Below the pieces are notes generated by a model. That model searched no databases. It was given only the letters and a program-made list of their open reading frames with translations, and was not told where the DNA came from. The translations under genes were made by a program, and so were the position numbers. DNA of 63,560 nt, counting the filler. It is 7 parts of 7 records of this genome, joined end to end, with 100 filler letters (N's around TTAATTAATTAA, not from the genome) between each part and the next. Parts side by side here need not be neighbours in the genome. Positions count along the whole stretch, not along the records: positions 28,251 to 35,756 come from DRR723986_18352; positions 35,857 to 42,592 come from DRR723986_18354; 5 more parts are not named here. One strand, 5' to 3'. Numbering within the stretch: the first letter of the stretch is position 1; each line of letters starts with the position of its first letter. Of this stretch, positions 30,926-40,421 are shown piece after piece.

Positions 30926-31428
30926 TGGTCGCCGTAGCCTCCCCAGAAGTTGGCATCGGTCAGGATCGCCACGGGTTTATTGCACATGAACGTGTATTTC
31001 AGGATCGCATCCAGCTCGTCCGCGTCTGATTGGGTGTGAAAGTGGTAGGTTGGGATATTCATCTGCGCCAGCAGCGCCTTGGTATGAACCGCCATCTCGA
31101 CCTGACAGGCCACGGGTTCCCGCAGTTCGCCCCGGTACGAGATGAGCATTGGCAGTGGCATCCGATAGTATTGGATCAGTGTCGCGAGGGTGTTGATGGT
31201 CACCCCGATGGCGGTGTTTTGCATGATGATTGCAGGACGTTTCCCGCCCATCCACGCACCGGCACACAGGCCCATGCCTTCGTCTTCTTTGTTGGATGGA
31301 ATGTGAAGAACGTCGGGGTGGGCGTCGATCTCGTCAATGACGCCGGCCAGTTGTTTGCACGGAACGGTGGTGACAAAGCTGATATCGTTGGCGACAAGAT
31401 CACCAACGATTTTTGTGTTGATAGACAA
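30922..31428 (-). CDS. comD: Sulfopyruvate decarboxylase alpha subunit
   Basis: TVPCK, EDEGMGLCAGA, MQNTAIG, ISYRG; TTG start after AGGAG; 4-bp overlap with comE. Confidence 0.9.
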   Translation of the reverse strand: MSINTKIVGDLVANDISFVTTVPCKQLAGVIDEIDAHPDVLHIPSNKEDEGMGLCAGAWMGGKRPAIIMQNTAIGVTINTLATLIQYYRMPLPMLISYRGELREPVACQVEMAVHTKALLAQMNIPTYHFHTQSDADELDAILKYTFMCNKPVAILTDANFWGGYGDQ

Positions 31429-31454
31429 AAAAGAAAACTCCTAGAGAATGATAT

Positions 31455-31859
31455 TTATCGCAGAACAACGACTGCACAGGGGGCGTGGCGGACAACGCGG
31501 GCCGCTGTTGTGCCCAGGAAATAGTCGCTTAACCCCGGTTTGTGGGATCCGACAATGATGGCGTCTGCACCGATTTTGGCAGCATATTCGGTGATGGTGC
31601 GGCTGGAATGCCCTTTGAGCATCACCGATTTGACACCGGGCGCACCTGCGACACGCGCGTTGAGTTCGCGTTCTGAATCTTCGTACGCTTTGCGAACCAA
31701 GTCTTCGTCCAGATACGTGCTTACGGATGCGTTAGGTGGTACATAGACGTGCACGGCGATTACTTCGGCTCCCGCGCCGCCCAAACGTTTGGCTGTTTCC
31801 AAAGCTTGTTCTGCAAACCCATGCTCTAGGGACAGTGCGAGGATAATTTTATCATACAT
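31455..31859 (-). CDS. Universal stress protein (UspA family)
   Basis: MYDKIILAL, ADAIIVGSH..G..FLGTTAARVVRHAPCAVVV. Confidence 0.92.
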   Translation of the reverse strand: MYDKIILALSLEHGFAEQALETAKRLGGAGAEVIAVHVYVPPNASVSTYLDEDLVRKAYEDSERELNARVAGAPGVKSVMLKGHSSRTITEYAAKIGADAIIVGSHKPGLSDYFLGTTAARVVRHAPCAVVVLR

Positions 31860-31862
31860 CGA

Positions 31863-32861
31863 TCAGGTCCTTTCTGGTGTGGTTGCAGGTTGCAGTAAAA
31901 TCTTCGGTGCGGCTACCGTGCCATTTCGAATATCTGAAAACGCGGCTGCCCCTTCGGAGAGGTGCCGGATCTCGGCCCAATCAAGCGGGCCAAGCCGTCC
32001 ATCAAAGATCGCCTGCGCCGTTTGGCGGAAATCTTCGGCAGTGTACGTGTACGTCCCGATAAAGGTGATTTCCTGCAGGGTCATCCTGCGGATATCAAGG
32101 CCGCCGGTGTCTTCGCCCAGCCCGATATGACCAATGACACCACCGGGACGCGCGCAGGCAGAGGCCGTCGCGCGTGTCGCGGCATACCCAACACCATCGA
32201 TGACCAGATCATATAGCGTGTCTTGAGGGGGCTCTGATAACACAGTTTGCCCGCATCGCTTGATAAGGTGCGCGCGGCGGGTTGGATTGGGCTCGATGAT
32301 TGTGACCTCTGAAACGCCCTGTGCCTTTAAACTCAACGCCGCCCCCAGTCCAATTGCGCCACCGCCAAGAACCAATGCCGTGTCACGCGTGCCCTCCAAA
32401 GCCTCAAGCGAAAGACGCGCGGTATGCCAACCGCATGCTATCGGCTCTGCAAGGGCAGCCTTGGACAGGGGAACAGTGTCTGGAACAGCAACCAAGTTGC
32501 GATCTGGCATTGCCACTAGTTCGGCAAATCCACCTTCGCGCGGGGGCATCGAGATGATTTGGCGCATGGGGCAGAGGTTGTCGCGCCCGTCCTGACACGC
32601 ATTGCACACGCCACATGTTACAAGCGGATTGATTGTGACGCGTTCCCCGTCTCTTGGGCCGCCTTCGATGCGGCCTGCTGCTTCGTGACCAAGGATCAGG
32701 GGGGCAGGGCGTCTGCTGTCATGGCCAAGATAGGCATGCATGTCAGAACCGCAGATCCCGACCAATGCTACCCGGATCAATTGGTCCCCAAGTTCCAGGG
32801 CCGGGTCAGGAACGTCGAGATAGTCAAGCCCCTCTGGTCCGGTGTAAATCAATGCCTTCAT
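31863..32861 (-). CDS. hpsP: Zn-dependent alcohol dehydrogenase, DHPS pathway
   Basis: GICGSD, GHE, CxxCxxCx7C, GGGAIG; hpsNOP synteny. Confidence 0.82.
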   Translation of the reverse strand: MKALIYTGPEGLDYLDVPDPALELGDQLIRVALVGICGSDMHAYLGHDSRRPAPLILGHEAAGRIEGGPRDGERVTINPLVTCGVCNACQDGRDNLCPMRQIISMPPREGGFAELVAMPDRNLVAVPDTVPLSKAALAEPIACGWHTARLSLEALEGTRDTALVLGGGAIGLGAALSLKAQGVSEVTIIEPNPTRRAHLIKRCGQTVLSEPPQDTLYDLVIDGVGYAATRATASACARPGGVIGHIGLGEDTGGLDIRRMTLQEITFIGTYTYTAEDFRQTAQAIFDGRLGPLDWAEIRHLSEGAAAFSDIRNGTVAAPKILLQPATTPERT

Positions 32862-33619
32862 TTTGCGGTGAAACCTCCATCAACCATGAGCACTTGGCCC
32901 GTCACGTAGGCGGACGCCTCGGAGCAGAGAAACAGGATCGGACCATCCAGATCATCCGGTTCGCCATTGCGCCCGATGCAGGTTTGCGCCGCATTGCCGG
33001 CGGCGCGTTCTGGGTCGCTGAAAACAGCGGCTGTCAGTTCGGTTCGAAAGAACCCGGGACCAATCGCGTTTGCTGTTATGCCATGGGGTGACCATGCTTC
33101 GGCCATTGCGCGTGTGAGCTGGGCGATACCCGCCTTTGTTGCGCCATAGGCAATACCGCCGGGAAAGGCGCGGGTGGTTTGAAGGGACGCAAAGTTGATG
33201 ATCCGTCCCCAATTATTGGCCTTCATGTGTGGCACCAAGTGCTGACTCAGAAAGAAGGGGGCCGATAAGTTCAAACTTAAGGATATATCCCAGCCTTCAG
33301 GGGTGACGTCATCAGCTGCTTGACGGGTGTTGATGCCCGCCGCATGGATCAAAATGTCGGGGGCGCCAAACGGTTTGGAAATCTCGTTTGCCAGATCCCC
33401 GAGCGTATCACGATCTGAGATGTCACAAGCCACAGCATGTGTTTCCCCGTTGGTCTCAGCTTGCCATTGTGTCAGCGCATCTGCGCGGCGTGCCACCCCG
33501 ATAACGTGCGCACCAGCCTGTGCCAGCACCGTTGCCGCCCTGCGTCCGAGGCCAGAACTGGCCCCGGTCACACAGGCAACTTTGCCTCTTACAGAGAACA
33601 GATTGCTCGGTTCACCCAT
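32858..33619 (-). CDS. hpsO: SDR oxidoreductase, DHPS pathway
   Basis: TGASSGLG, YGATK, NAIGPG; lies between hpsN and hpsP. Confidence 0.82.
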   Translation of the reverse strand: MGEPSNLFSVRGKVACVTGASSGLGRRAATVLAQAGAHVIGVARRADALTQWQAETNGETHAVACDISDRDTLGDLANEISKPFGAPDILIHAAGINTRQAADDVTPEGWDISLSLNLSAPFFLSQHLVPHMKANNWGRIINFASLQTTRAFPGGIAYGATKAGIAQLTRAMAEAWSPHGITANAIGPGFFRTELTAAVFSDPERAAGNAAQTCIGRNGEPDDLDGPILFLCSEASAYVTGQVLMVDGGFTAK

Positions 33620-34919
33620 TGGAGGTCAGATCAAAAGCTTCGTCAGGGAAGTACTTTGCCAGCCGCACATCAGCGGCGCGGGCGTGCCCCTCCATGCCTT
33701 CGAGACGGGAAATGCGTGCTGTCGCTTCGGCTACTGGTTTTGAGCCCTCGCGTGTGGCGCGCTGCCATGTGACGATTTTCATGTACTTATGTACCGACAG
33801 CCCGCCCGTGTAATTGGCGGCACCCGATGTTGGCAGAACGTGGTTGGTGCCTGCGGCTTTGTCGCCATAGGATACGGTTGTTTCTTCGCCCAAAAACAGC
33901 GATCCATAACAGGTCAGACGCTCTAGCCACCAATCCAGATCCTTGGCCTGCACGGTCAAATGCTCTGGCGCATAGTCATCTGACGTTGCTGCCATTTCTT
34001 CGCGGTCGTCACAAACGATCACTTCGGCATAGTCGCGCCATGCGGCAAAGGCGTTGTCTCGGTTCACCTCTGGCAGATCATCAATCAATGCCGGAACACG
34101 GGCCATGACATCCTCGGCCAAGGCGCGGTCATCCGTGACCAGCCAGACGGGCGAGTTGTAGCCGTGTTCAGCCTGACTAACGAGGTCGGTCGCGACGATA
34201 TGCGGGTCGGCAGTGTTATCGGCCAGGATGAGACTGTCGGTGGGGCCTGCGATCATGTCGATGCCAACACGGCCAAACAAAATGCGTTTGGCTTCGGCGA
34301 CGAACTGATTGCCTGGGCCGACGAGGATGTTTGCCTTGGGCAAGCCGAACAGACCAAATGTCATTGCTGCTACGCCCTGAACACCGCCCATAGCCATGAT
34401 TTTGTCCGCGCCGCTGATGTGTGCGGCGTAAACGATGGCGGGTGCGATCCCAATGCCTGGGCGCGGGGGCGAACAGGCTGTGATATGTTTACAGCCTGCC
34501 ACTTTGGCAGTGGTTACCGTCATGATTGCGCTGGCGACGTGGCTATAGCGACCGCCCGGTGCATAACAGCCCGCAGCATCAACCGGGATCGCTTTTTGGC
34601 CAGCAGTCAGTCCGGGAACAACTTCGTATTCCACGTCTGCAACGGTGGCTTTTTGCATTTCGGCAAACCGCTTCACATTGTCATGAGCAAACTGGATATC
34701 GACCTTGAGCTTGTCTGGAACCAATGCGCAGGCGGCTTCGATCTCTTCTGCTGTTAGCAGAACGTTGCCGTCGTAATTGTCAAATTTCGCTGCATATTCC
34801 AGCGCTGTTGCATCTCCGCCTGCTTCGATGTCTGCAAGGATTTTGACAACGGTATCATGCACGTCTGAGGCATCAGATTTCGACGTTAGTGTTGCCTTTT
34901 TAAGGTATTCACGAGCCAT
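33612..34919 (-). CDS. hpsN: Sulfopropanediol 3-dehydrogenase (histidinol dehydrogenase family)
   Basis: YAPGGRY, GPGNQFVAEAKR, QAEHG, APEHL, GTNHVLPT; sulfonate operon context rather than his operon. Confidence 0.88.
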   Translation of the reverse strand: MAREYLKKATLTSKSDASDVHDTVVKILADIEAGGDATALEYAAKFDNYDGNVLLTAEEIEAACALVPDKLKVDIQFAHDNVKRFAEMQKATVADVEYEVVPGLTAGQKAIPVDAAGCYAPGGRYSHVASAIMTVTTAKVAGCKHITACSPPRPGIGIAPAIVYAAHISGADKIMAMGGVQGVAAMTFGLFGLPKANILVGPGNQFVAEAKRILFGRVGIDMIAGPTDSLILADNTADPHIVATDLVSQAEHGYNSPVWLVTDDRALAEDVMARVPALIDDLPEVNRDNAFAAWRDYAEVIVCDDREEMAATSDDYAPEHLTVQAKDLDWWLERLTCYGSLFLGEETTVSYGDKAAGTNHVLPTSGAANYTGGLSVHKYMKIVTWQRATREGSKPVAEATARISRLEGMEGHARAADVRLAKYFPDEAFDLTSNG

Positions 34920-34931
34920 TTTAAGTTGGTC

Positions 34932-35756
34932 CTATTTGTAGATAGCGGGGAGCAAGGATGTCGAAACTGCGGGCACATAAGCGATCAGCAAGACAACCAG
35001 AAGCATGAAGAAAACGAAGGGAACAGCGCGGGCGGCGATCTTGAGGATCGATTCACCAGTGATGCCAGAGACGACGAACAGGTTTAGGCCAAGCGGCGGC
35101 GTGATGAACCCGACACCCAGCGCTGTGATCATCATGATGCAGAACTGGATTTCGTTCATGCCGATGTTGTCGGCCAGTGGTTTGAGGATCGGTGCAAGGA
35201 TCACGATGTTGGGCGTGGTCTCCATCACACAGCCAGCGGCGATCAGGATGCCGATCATCAACAGGATGAGCACATAAGGATCGTCTGTCAGCGAAGTGAC
35301 CGCTGTCACAAACCCCTGTGGCACGCCCATGATGGCCAAAGCTTCTGCCAGAGGGGCAGAAAAGGCGATGATGGGCAGGATGATCCCGTTGACCTTGGCC
35401 GAGCTGACCAGCATCGCCGGGAAATCCGACAGCTTGAGGGTGCGCAGCATAAAACCCATGATGATGGTCACGACGACAGCCGTTGCACCCGCTTCGGTTG
35501 GGGTGAGACGACCGGAAAAGATGCCGTAAAAGATGATACCGGGGACGATAAAGGCATACCAGTCCGACGCCAGTGCACGGCGGAGATTGGCAAACCATTC
35601 CCCAAAGGACAGGTTGCCGCCGCCTTCGTATCCGTAAATCCGGTTCACAACGATGTTTGTGATCAGGATTGAGATCAAAATGGCCAAGCCGGGGATCAAT
35701 GCGGCCAGAAACAGGGTTGATGCGGATATGCCAAGGACAAGACCGATGATGATATA
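34932..35756 (-). CDS. hpsM: TRAP transporter large permease (DctM), 5'-truncated
   Basis: TPTEAGA, GFITPPLGLNLFV; open to the contig edge; upstream of hpsN. Confidence 0.8.
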   Translation of the reverse strand, partial: YIIIGLVLGISASTLFLAALIPGLAILISILITNIVVNRIYGYEGGGNLSFGEWFANLRRALASDWYAFIVPGIIFYGIFSGRLTPTEAGATAVVVTIIMGFMLRTLKLSDFPAMLVSSAKVNGIILPIIAFSAPLAEALAIMGVPQGFVTAVTSLTDDPYVLILLMIGILIAAGCVMETTPNIVILAPILKPLADNIGMNEIQFCIMMITALGVGFITPPLGLNLFVVSGITGESILKIAARAVPFVFFMLLVVLLIAYVPAVSTSLLPAIYK

Positions 35757-35856
35757 NNNNNNNNNNNNNNNNNNNNNNNNNNNNNNNNNNNNNNNNNNNN
35801 TTAATTAATTAANNNNNNNNNNNNNNNNNNNNNNNNNNNNNNNNNNNNNNNNNNNN
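35757..35856. other. Artificial contig linker
   Basis: N-TTAATTAATTAA-N. Confidence 0.99.
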
Positions 35857-35918
35857 ATCAGCCGCCAAGCGCGAGCTTGCGGTTTCGCATCAGCGGCTAA
35901 GCGCAAGCTCGCGGTTTC
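35857..35918. repeat. Two tandem REP-like imperfect palindromes at contig start
   Basis: ATCAGCCGCCAAGCGCGAGCTTGCGGTTTC and ATCAGCGGCTAAGCGCAAGCTCGCGGTTTC. Confidence 0.7.
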
Positions 35919-35969
35919 CGCTGTTGCGCAACACACCCGAGCCCGGTGGACGACACTGGGCTGCGAGGG

Positions 35970-36767
35970 CTACCACTGAAGTGCGACAGTTCGTGACTGC
36001 CCAAGAATCTGCTCGTAGCAAAGATGCTCAACGTCCCGCCCGGCTACTTCTATTTCGTAATAACCACGGTAACCATAGGACTGGAAAGCTGAAATGATAC
36101 GCGCCAGAGGTACGCGTCCGTGGCCTAGCAAGCAGCGATTCTGTTCTCCAAGTGGAGCATGACGGGCATCACCAAGCTGCACCAAACGAACGTAAGGAAC
36201 GATCGGCTCAAGCCACTGGAGCGACGCAATATCCTGCGCGACGTGGTAACAATCAAAGACCATTCCCAAGTGAGGATTGCCAATCTTTGCGATCACATCC
36301 AGACAATGGGGAATCGAAGTAACGAAGGACATCCCACTGGCACAGCCAACATGCATTGGTTCAAGGGCTAGCTGGACGCCAACGGCTTGCGCCGCCTCAC
36401 TGAGCTCTTTGAGCGCAGAGTACAGAATTCGCTTGGCGTGATTCTTCGTGTGCCCCTGGCGACCACCGGCCAGCACCGTAACGGTTTCAGCACCGATGTC
36501 GGCGGCTAGTTGAATTGTGTCTAAAGCATCATGCAGACTATCACGATAGCTGCGCCCATCACTACCGGTGAAACCACCAATCCACTGCAACGAAGAAATA
36601 CTGAGGCCGTGCTCTCGAAGAAGCTCGGCTCCCTTTTCCTCTCCGTAGTCCGCAAGTTTCGGACGCCAGATACCGATCGCGGAGAAGCCAGTCTGATGAT
36701 AGTGCAACACGTCTTCTTCGAACGTCCAACCATACGTGGACAGCTCGCTAACGGAAAGTCGCAACAT
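35970..36767 (-). CDS. Sugar phosphate isomerase/epimerase (xylose isomerase-like TIM barrel)
   Basis: LALEPMH, FDCYH, VQLGDA, GHGRVP, YEIEV; start placed at MLRLS. Confidence 0.85.
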   Translation of the reverse strand: MLRLSVSELSTYGWTFEEDVLHYHQTGFSAIGIWRPKLADYGEEKGAELLREHGLSISSLQWIGGFTGSDGRSYRDSLHDALDTIQLAADIGAETVTVLAGGRQGHTKNHAKRILYSALKELSEAAQAVGVQLALEPMHVGCASGMSFVTSIPHCLDVIAKIGNPHLGMVFDCYHVAQDIASLQWLEPIVPYVRLVQLGDARHAPLGEQNRCLLGHGRVPLARIISAFQSYGYRGYYEIEVAGRDVEHLCYEQILGQSRTVALQW

Positions 36768-36983
36768 CCCTGCTACCGTCGTCAAATTGTTATGTTTATC
36801 GAGCACGGCTAGAAGCAATCGCTCGGATTTGGAAAAGCCAATCGCCAACAACGCACGTAGCGAGCTGGCGAGAGCATTGTGAGGAATCGAGGCAGCCGTG
36901 TAAAGCGAGCTATCCACATTTTCGAAAAATGCCCGAAAGCTAGCAACTTCTAATCAATCGGCTGCATCGGCACGCCCCCTTAC

Positions 36984-37922
36984 TTACTCGGCCGAACGAC
37001 AAACAGCTCGAATGACGAAGCCCGCATCCAGCAAGCCAGAAGACTCACTTTTCAGGCAAGCACGACCAGTTTCAACTGTCGCCATCTCACCCCCAGCTTG
37101 CCGCAGCCCCGCAGATATCAAGTCTGCACAGTCTTGATCCGATGGCTCCGTGCTGTGTCCGGTCAGCAGCAAACAGCCACCAGAGGGATCCAGCAGACGA
37201 CAACAGTCATCAACCAGCCCCCGTAGGCCAACTCGCATGTCCCACCGCCGACCACTTGGACCATGCCCGAACGTTGGTGGATCAAGCACGATAACCTGAT
37301 ACCGCCGATTCCGGCGCACCTCGCGGGCGACAAACTTCGAAGCATCCTCAACGATCCAACGAATTGGAGCCTCCGACAGCCCTGACAGCCGAGCATTGTC
37401 GCTGGCCCATTTTACATTTGGCTGAGCGGCGTCGACATGTGCCACACGAACGGTCGCACCGGTATTCTTCCCGCTTGCCGCCATGGCAAGCGTGCTGCCG
37501 CCGGTGTAGGCAAACAAATTGAGGCAGTTTATCTCCGCCGCGTCAGCTCCTGCATCAGCACCAACGGCCCCAACGGCTTGTTTCGCACAACGCTGCACCT
37601 GCTGGGACAACCAGATCCAGTTCGGCAACTGCTCGGGGAAGACACCCACGTGCCCAAACGGTGTCAGGCGGAGACCAAGCTCCGCCCGGATACTAGGCAC
37701 GGGCAGGCTCCAGTTTTGGGTTTTAACACCACTATGTTTGCCAGCTTCCTTTCGAATTCGAACCGCTTTAGCCCATGGCGCATCAAGATCACGCGACGCA
37801 GTCATCGCCGCAGGACAGGGACGATCTAGCAGCACGCCATGAAAGTCCTCAAGCTTGCGGCCATCGCCGAAATCGATCAAACGGTAGGATTCAGAATCCC
37901 AGTTGGCAACGAAGCGATTCAA
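36984..37922 (-). CDS. Class I SAM-dependent methyltransferase (RlmI/RlmK-like)
   Basis: LNLFAYTGGST, HVDA, IVLDPPTFG. Confidence 0.88.
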   Translation of the reverse strand: MNRFVANWDSESYRLIDFGDGRKLEDFHGVLLDRPCPAAMTASRDLDAPWAKAVRIRKEAGKHSGVKTQNWSLPVPSIRAELGLRLTPFGHVGVFPEQLPNWIWLSQQVQRCAKQAVGAVGADAGADAAEINCLNLFAYTGGSTLAMAASGKNTGATVRVAHVDAAQPNVKWASDNARLSGLSEAPIRWIVEDASKFVAREVRRNRRYQVIVLDPPTFGHGPSGRRWDMRVGLRGLVDDCCRLLDPSGGCLLLTGHSTEPSDQDCADLISAGLRQAGGEMATVETGRACLKSESSGLLDAGFVIRAVCRSAE

Positions 37923-37975
37923 CTGACAGCAACTCTAGTGGAACGATGTAGGACAACAGTGACAATGAAACAGAA

Positions 37976-39289
37976 CTAATTTTCGTCGGATCCGAACCGC
38001 TGCTGCTCCAACTGATCAGCTTGCCAAGCAATTGCAGCAACATGTTTCGTGATTTCGAGCGCGTCGAGTGTGTCTGCAAGCAGATTTGCACGCAGGACAA
38101 GTTGCGAGGTGCCCCCCTCTTCAACGATGGCGAAGGCTCCGTAGAGAAGCTGGCTGTTGAATGCAAGCAGTTGCGTCGAAGCGGCCGCTGTCGCAGGACC
38201 ACAGGGCGAAGTGATACTCACAAGACGACTACCAGAATCGTCAACCTTACTGGCGGAAATCGCAAGCGTTTGGAAACGCAATTGGCCAACCTGAACCTTC
38301 AATGCAAGTCCTTCTTCAGTGTGCATGATTTGCCAGCCGCCAGATGCCGCCAGCTCTTTGAATTTCGCCAGCGTTGATTCTTCCGTTGCACTTTCTTGCT
38401 CGCTGAAGAAAGAAAAATCCAACGGCTTCTTCGCCGTTTGCTGCTTCGCGGATGCTGAGGTGTCCCCCAGCGCCTGGGATAGGATGGGTGGCAACATCAT
38501 TCCCGCAGCAAGTCCGGCAGCCGCTCCCGCACCACTGCTCAAAGCCCCCGGCCGCGACAATCCTTTGGCAGTCTGATAGGCAGTGTAGCTCCGCAAGTCG
38601 CCGACGACCGCCATGCTAGATTTTGCATCAATTGCTTGCTGTACTTCCTTTGGTGGCGAGAGATTGCTAATCAGCAGATCCGTCACCTCTAGCCCAAGTG
38701 CATTGAATCGTTCGTTTACTTTTGCACGTGCTGCGGCACCAAGTTCGTCAATACTACTTGTTAGATCGAGTAGGCTGATCTGGGCGGTGGCGAGCATATC
38801 CGACAGACCGGAAACAACGACATCTCGAAGGTAGTTTGAAACTTCTGTCGTCGTCACCCGGCCCTGCGTTCCGACTACTTCGTTGATGAACACGCCACTA
38901 TCAACGACGCGGAACGAGTACTTTCCGTAGCCGCGGATGCGGACTGCCCCAAGCTCCGGATCCTTCATCATGATTGGCTGTCGCGTGCCCCAGCCTTGAT
39001 TCAAGAACTGCTGCTTGCCAACGAAATAAACACACGCCTGAAACGGTGATTTTTCCCAAGGTAAAGTCAGCAGCCTAGTGAGGATGGGGATATTTTCAGT
39101 CGAAAGTGTGTATTGCCCAGGGCCAAATTGGTCCTGCGCGCGACCGTTGGTAAAGAAGACGGCCTCTTGGTTCTGCTGCACAATCAACTTTGCACCGGCT
39201 CGAATTGCGGCCGTCCCAAATTCCGGTACACGAGCGACGATGTTGGTACCGCTAGGGTCAAAACAATCGATTACTTCTAGACGTAACAT
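37976..39289 (-). CDS. SPFH-domain protein (YdjI-like) with YbjN-like C-terminal domain
   Basis: LIVQQNQEAVF..G...FGPGQYTLSTENIP, WGTRQP, RGYGKYSFRV; C-terminal LLAFNSQLLYGAFAI..ADQLEQQRFGSDEN. Confidence 0.8.
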   Translation of the reverse strand: MLRLEVIDCFDPSGTNIVARVPEFGTAAIRAGAKLIVQQNQEAVFFTNGRAQDQFGPGQYTLSTENIPILTRLLTLPWEKSPFQACVYFVGKQQFLNQGWGTRQPIMMKDPELGAVRIRGYGKYSFRVVDSGVFINEVVGTQGRVTTTEVSNYLRDVVVSGLSDMLATAQISLLDLTSSIDELGAAARAKVNERFNALGLEVTDLLISNLSPPKEVQQAIDAKSSMAVVGDLRSYTAYQTAKGLSRPGALSSGAGAAAGLAAGMMLPPILSQALGDTSASAKQQTAKKPLDFSFFSEQESATEESTLAKFKELAASGGWQIMHTEEGLALKVQVGQLRFQTLAISASKVDDSGSRLVSITSPCGPATAAASTQLLAFNSQLLYGAFAIVEEGGTSQLVLRANLLADTLDALEITKHVAAIAWQADQLEQQRFGSDEN

Positions 39290-39458
39290 TTCGATGGTTC
39301 CACGCGAATTGAACGAATCACGACAACAGTATCAGTAGAGTAGGGCAGGGCAAGCAGACCCTCAATGCTGGCCGAACGTGCCACGCAACTTCGCAGCGCC
39401 GACACTTGACCGTCTCTAGCGAGCTGCGGAGATTGTGGTTGCGATATTGGAGCGACAA

Positions 39459-39917
39459 TTACTCCAGTGGCAAAGCCCATCCCGCTTTGACCGTCCGAAG
39501 CGACAGAGACGATTGAATCCGAGTGACGCCGGGCAAGCGGCTAATCTGCTGTCTGTGGATCCTTTCGTAGTGATCCGAATCGACGGCAATTACGCGGAGC
39601 AGATAATCGTATTGTCCGCCGACAAGGTAACATTCCAGCACCTCAGGAACCATTCTGACTGCCTTCTCAAACTCTTCGAAGGCGTCTTCGGCCTGCGTTG
39701 CCAAAGAAATCTCGACGAACATCTGGATTGAGTACCCGAGTTTCCGCGGCTCAAGTTTAGCCACATAGCTTGAAATCAGCCCGCTTTCCTCCATCGCTTT
39801 TATGCGGCGGTGACAAGCAGACTTGGACAAGCTCACCAGCGTTGAAATCTCCGCCACCGTCAACCGGCAATTGCGCTGCAGGTGTGTAAGAATGGCGCTA
39901 TCAGTCTCGTCTAACAT
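39459..39917 (-). CDS. Lrp/AsnC family transcriptional regulator
   Basis: MLDETDSAIL..LQ, LSKSACHRRIKAMEESGLI, ECYLVGGQYDYLLRV. Confidence 0.93.
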   Translation of the reverse strand: MLDETDSAILTHLQRNCRLTVAEISTLVSLSKSACHRRIKAMEESGLISSYVAKLEPRKLGYSIQMFVEISLATQAEDAFEEFEKAVRMVPEVLECYLVGGQYDYLLRVIAVDSDHYERIHRQQISRLPGVTRIQSSLSLRTVKAGWALPLE

Positions 39918-40421
39918 GAACGGGGGGTGTCTCAATCTAGGTAACTTGCGGGACCATATCCCGACGTATGGTGATTTCGCAGGCCATTGTACCGCGATGA
40001 AGCCGCAATATACCCCAGAAGGGGATGCAATGCGGCTTGTAAAGCAATACAATGTCGACGCTTCTGTGAGAGGAAGCAAAACGGATTGCGACGAAGCCAG
40101 ATGGTTTCTTCAAACTGAATTTTGATTCAGGGAAGCTGACTGAGGCGGAGTCACGCCCTTTTTAGCCCCTTCTTGTGGGGTAATCGACCAGATACAGGGC
40201 CTGAGGCGGCATGCTGTTTTCGGTAGTGAACCAAGGACTCTACCGTCACCACTAACCGCCTCGCCCTGTGGTCTTTTCTGACGCACCTTGCCCTCTGCGG
40301 TGCTCGCGACTGGTCCGTTTCTGCGAATTATTCATGCTGCAACGTCTGGCTAACCGATTTTAGAGGAAGGCAATGTTCGCCAACGAAATCGGAGCTGCGT
40401 GCTTCTGAAACTCTACTCGAA

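Noticed and set aside
33612-34919. hisD annotation
   Set aside because: Sulfonate operon context supports hpsN; no his genes nearby
40226-40236. TGAACCAAGG resembling a segment of E. coli 6S RNA
   Set aside because: A 10-nt match is insufficient and the hairpin is shorter than a typical 6S; kept only as an unassigned structure
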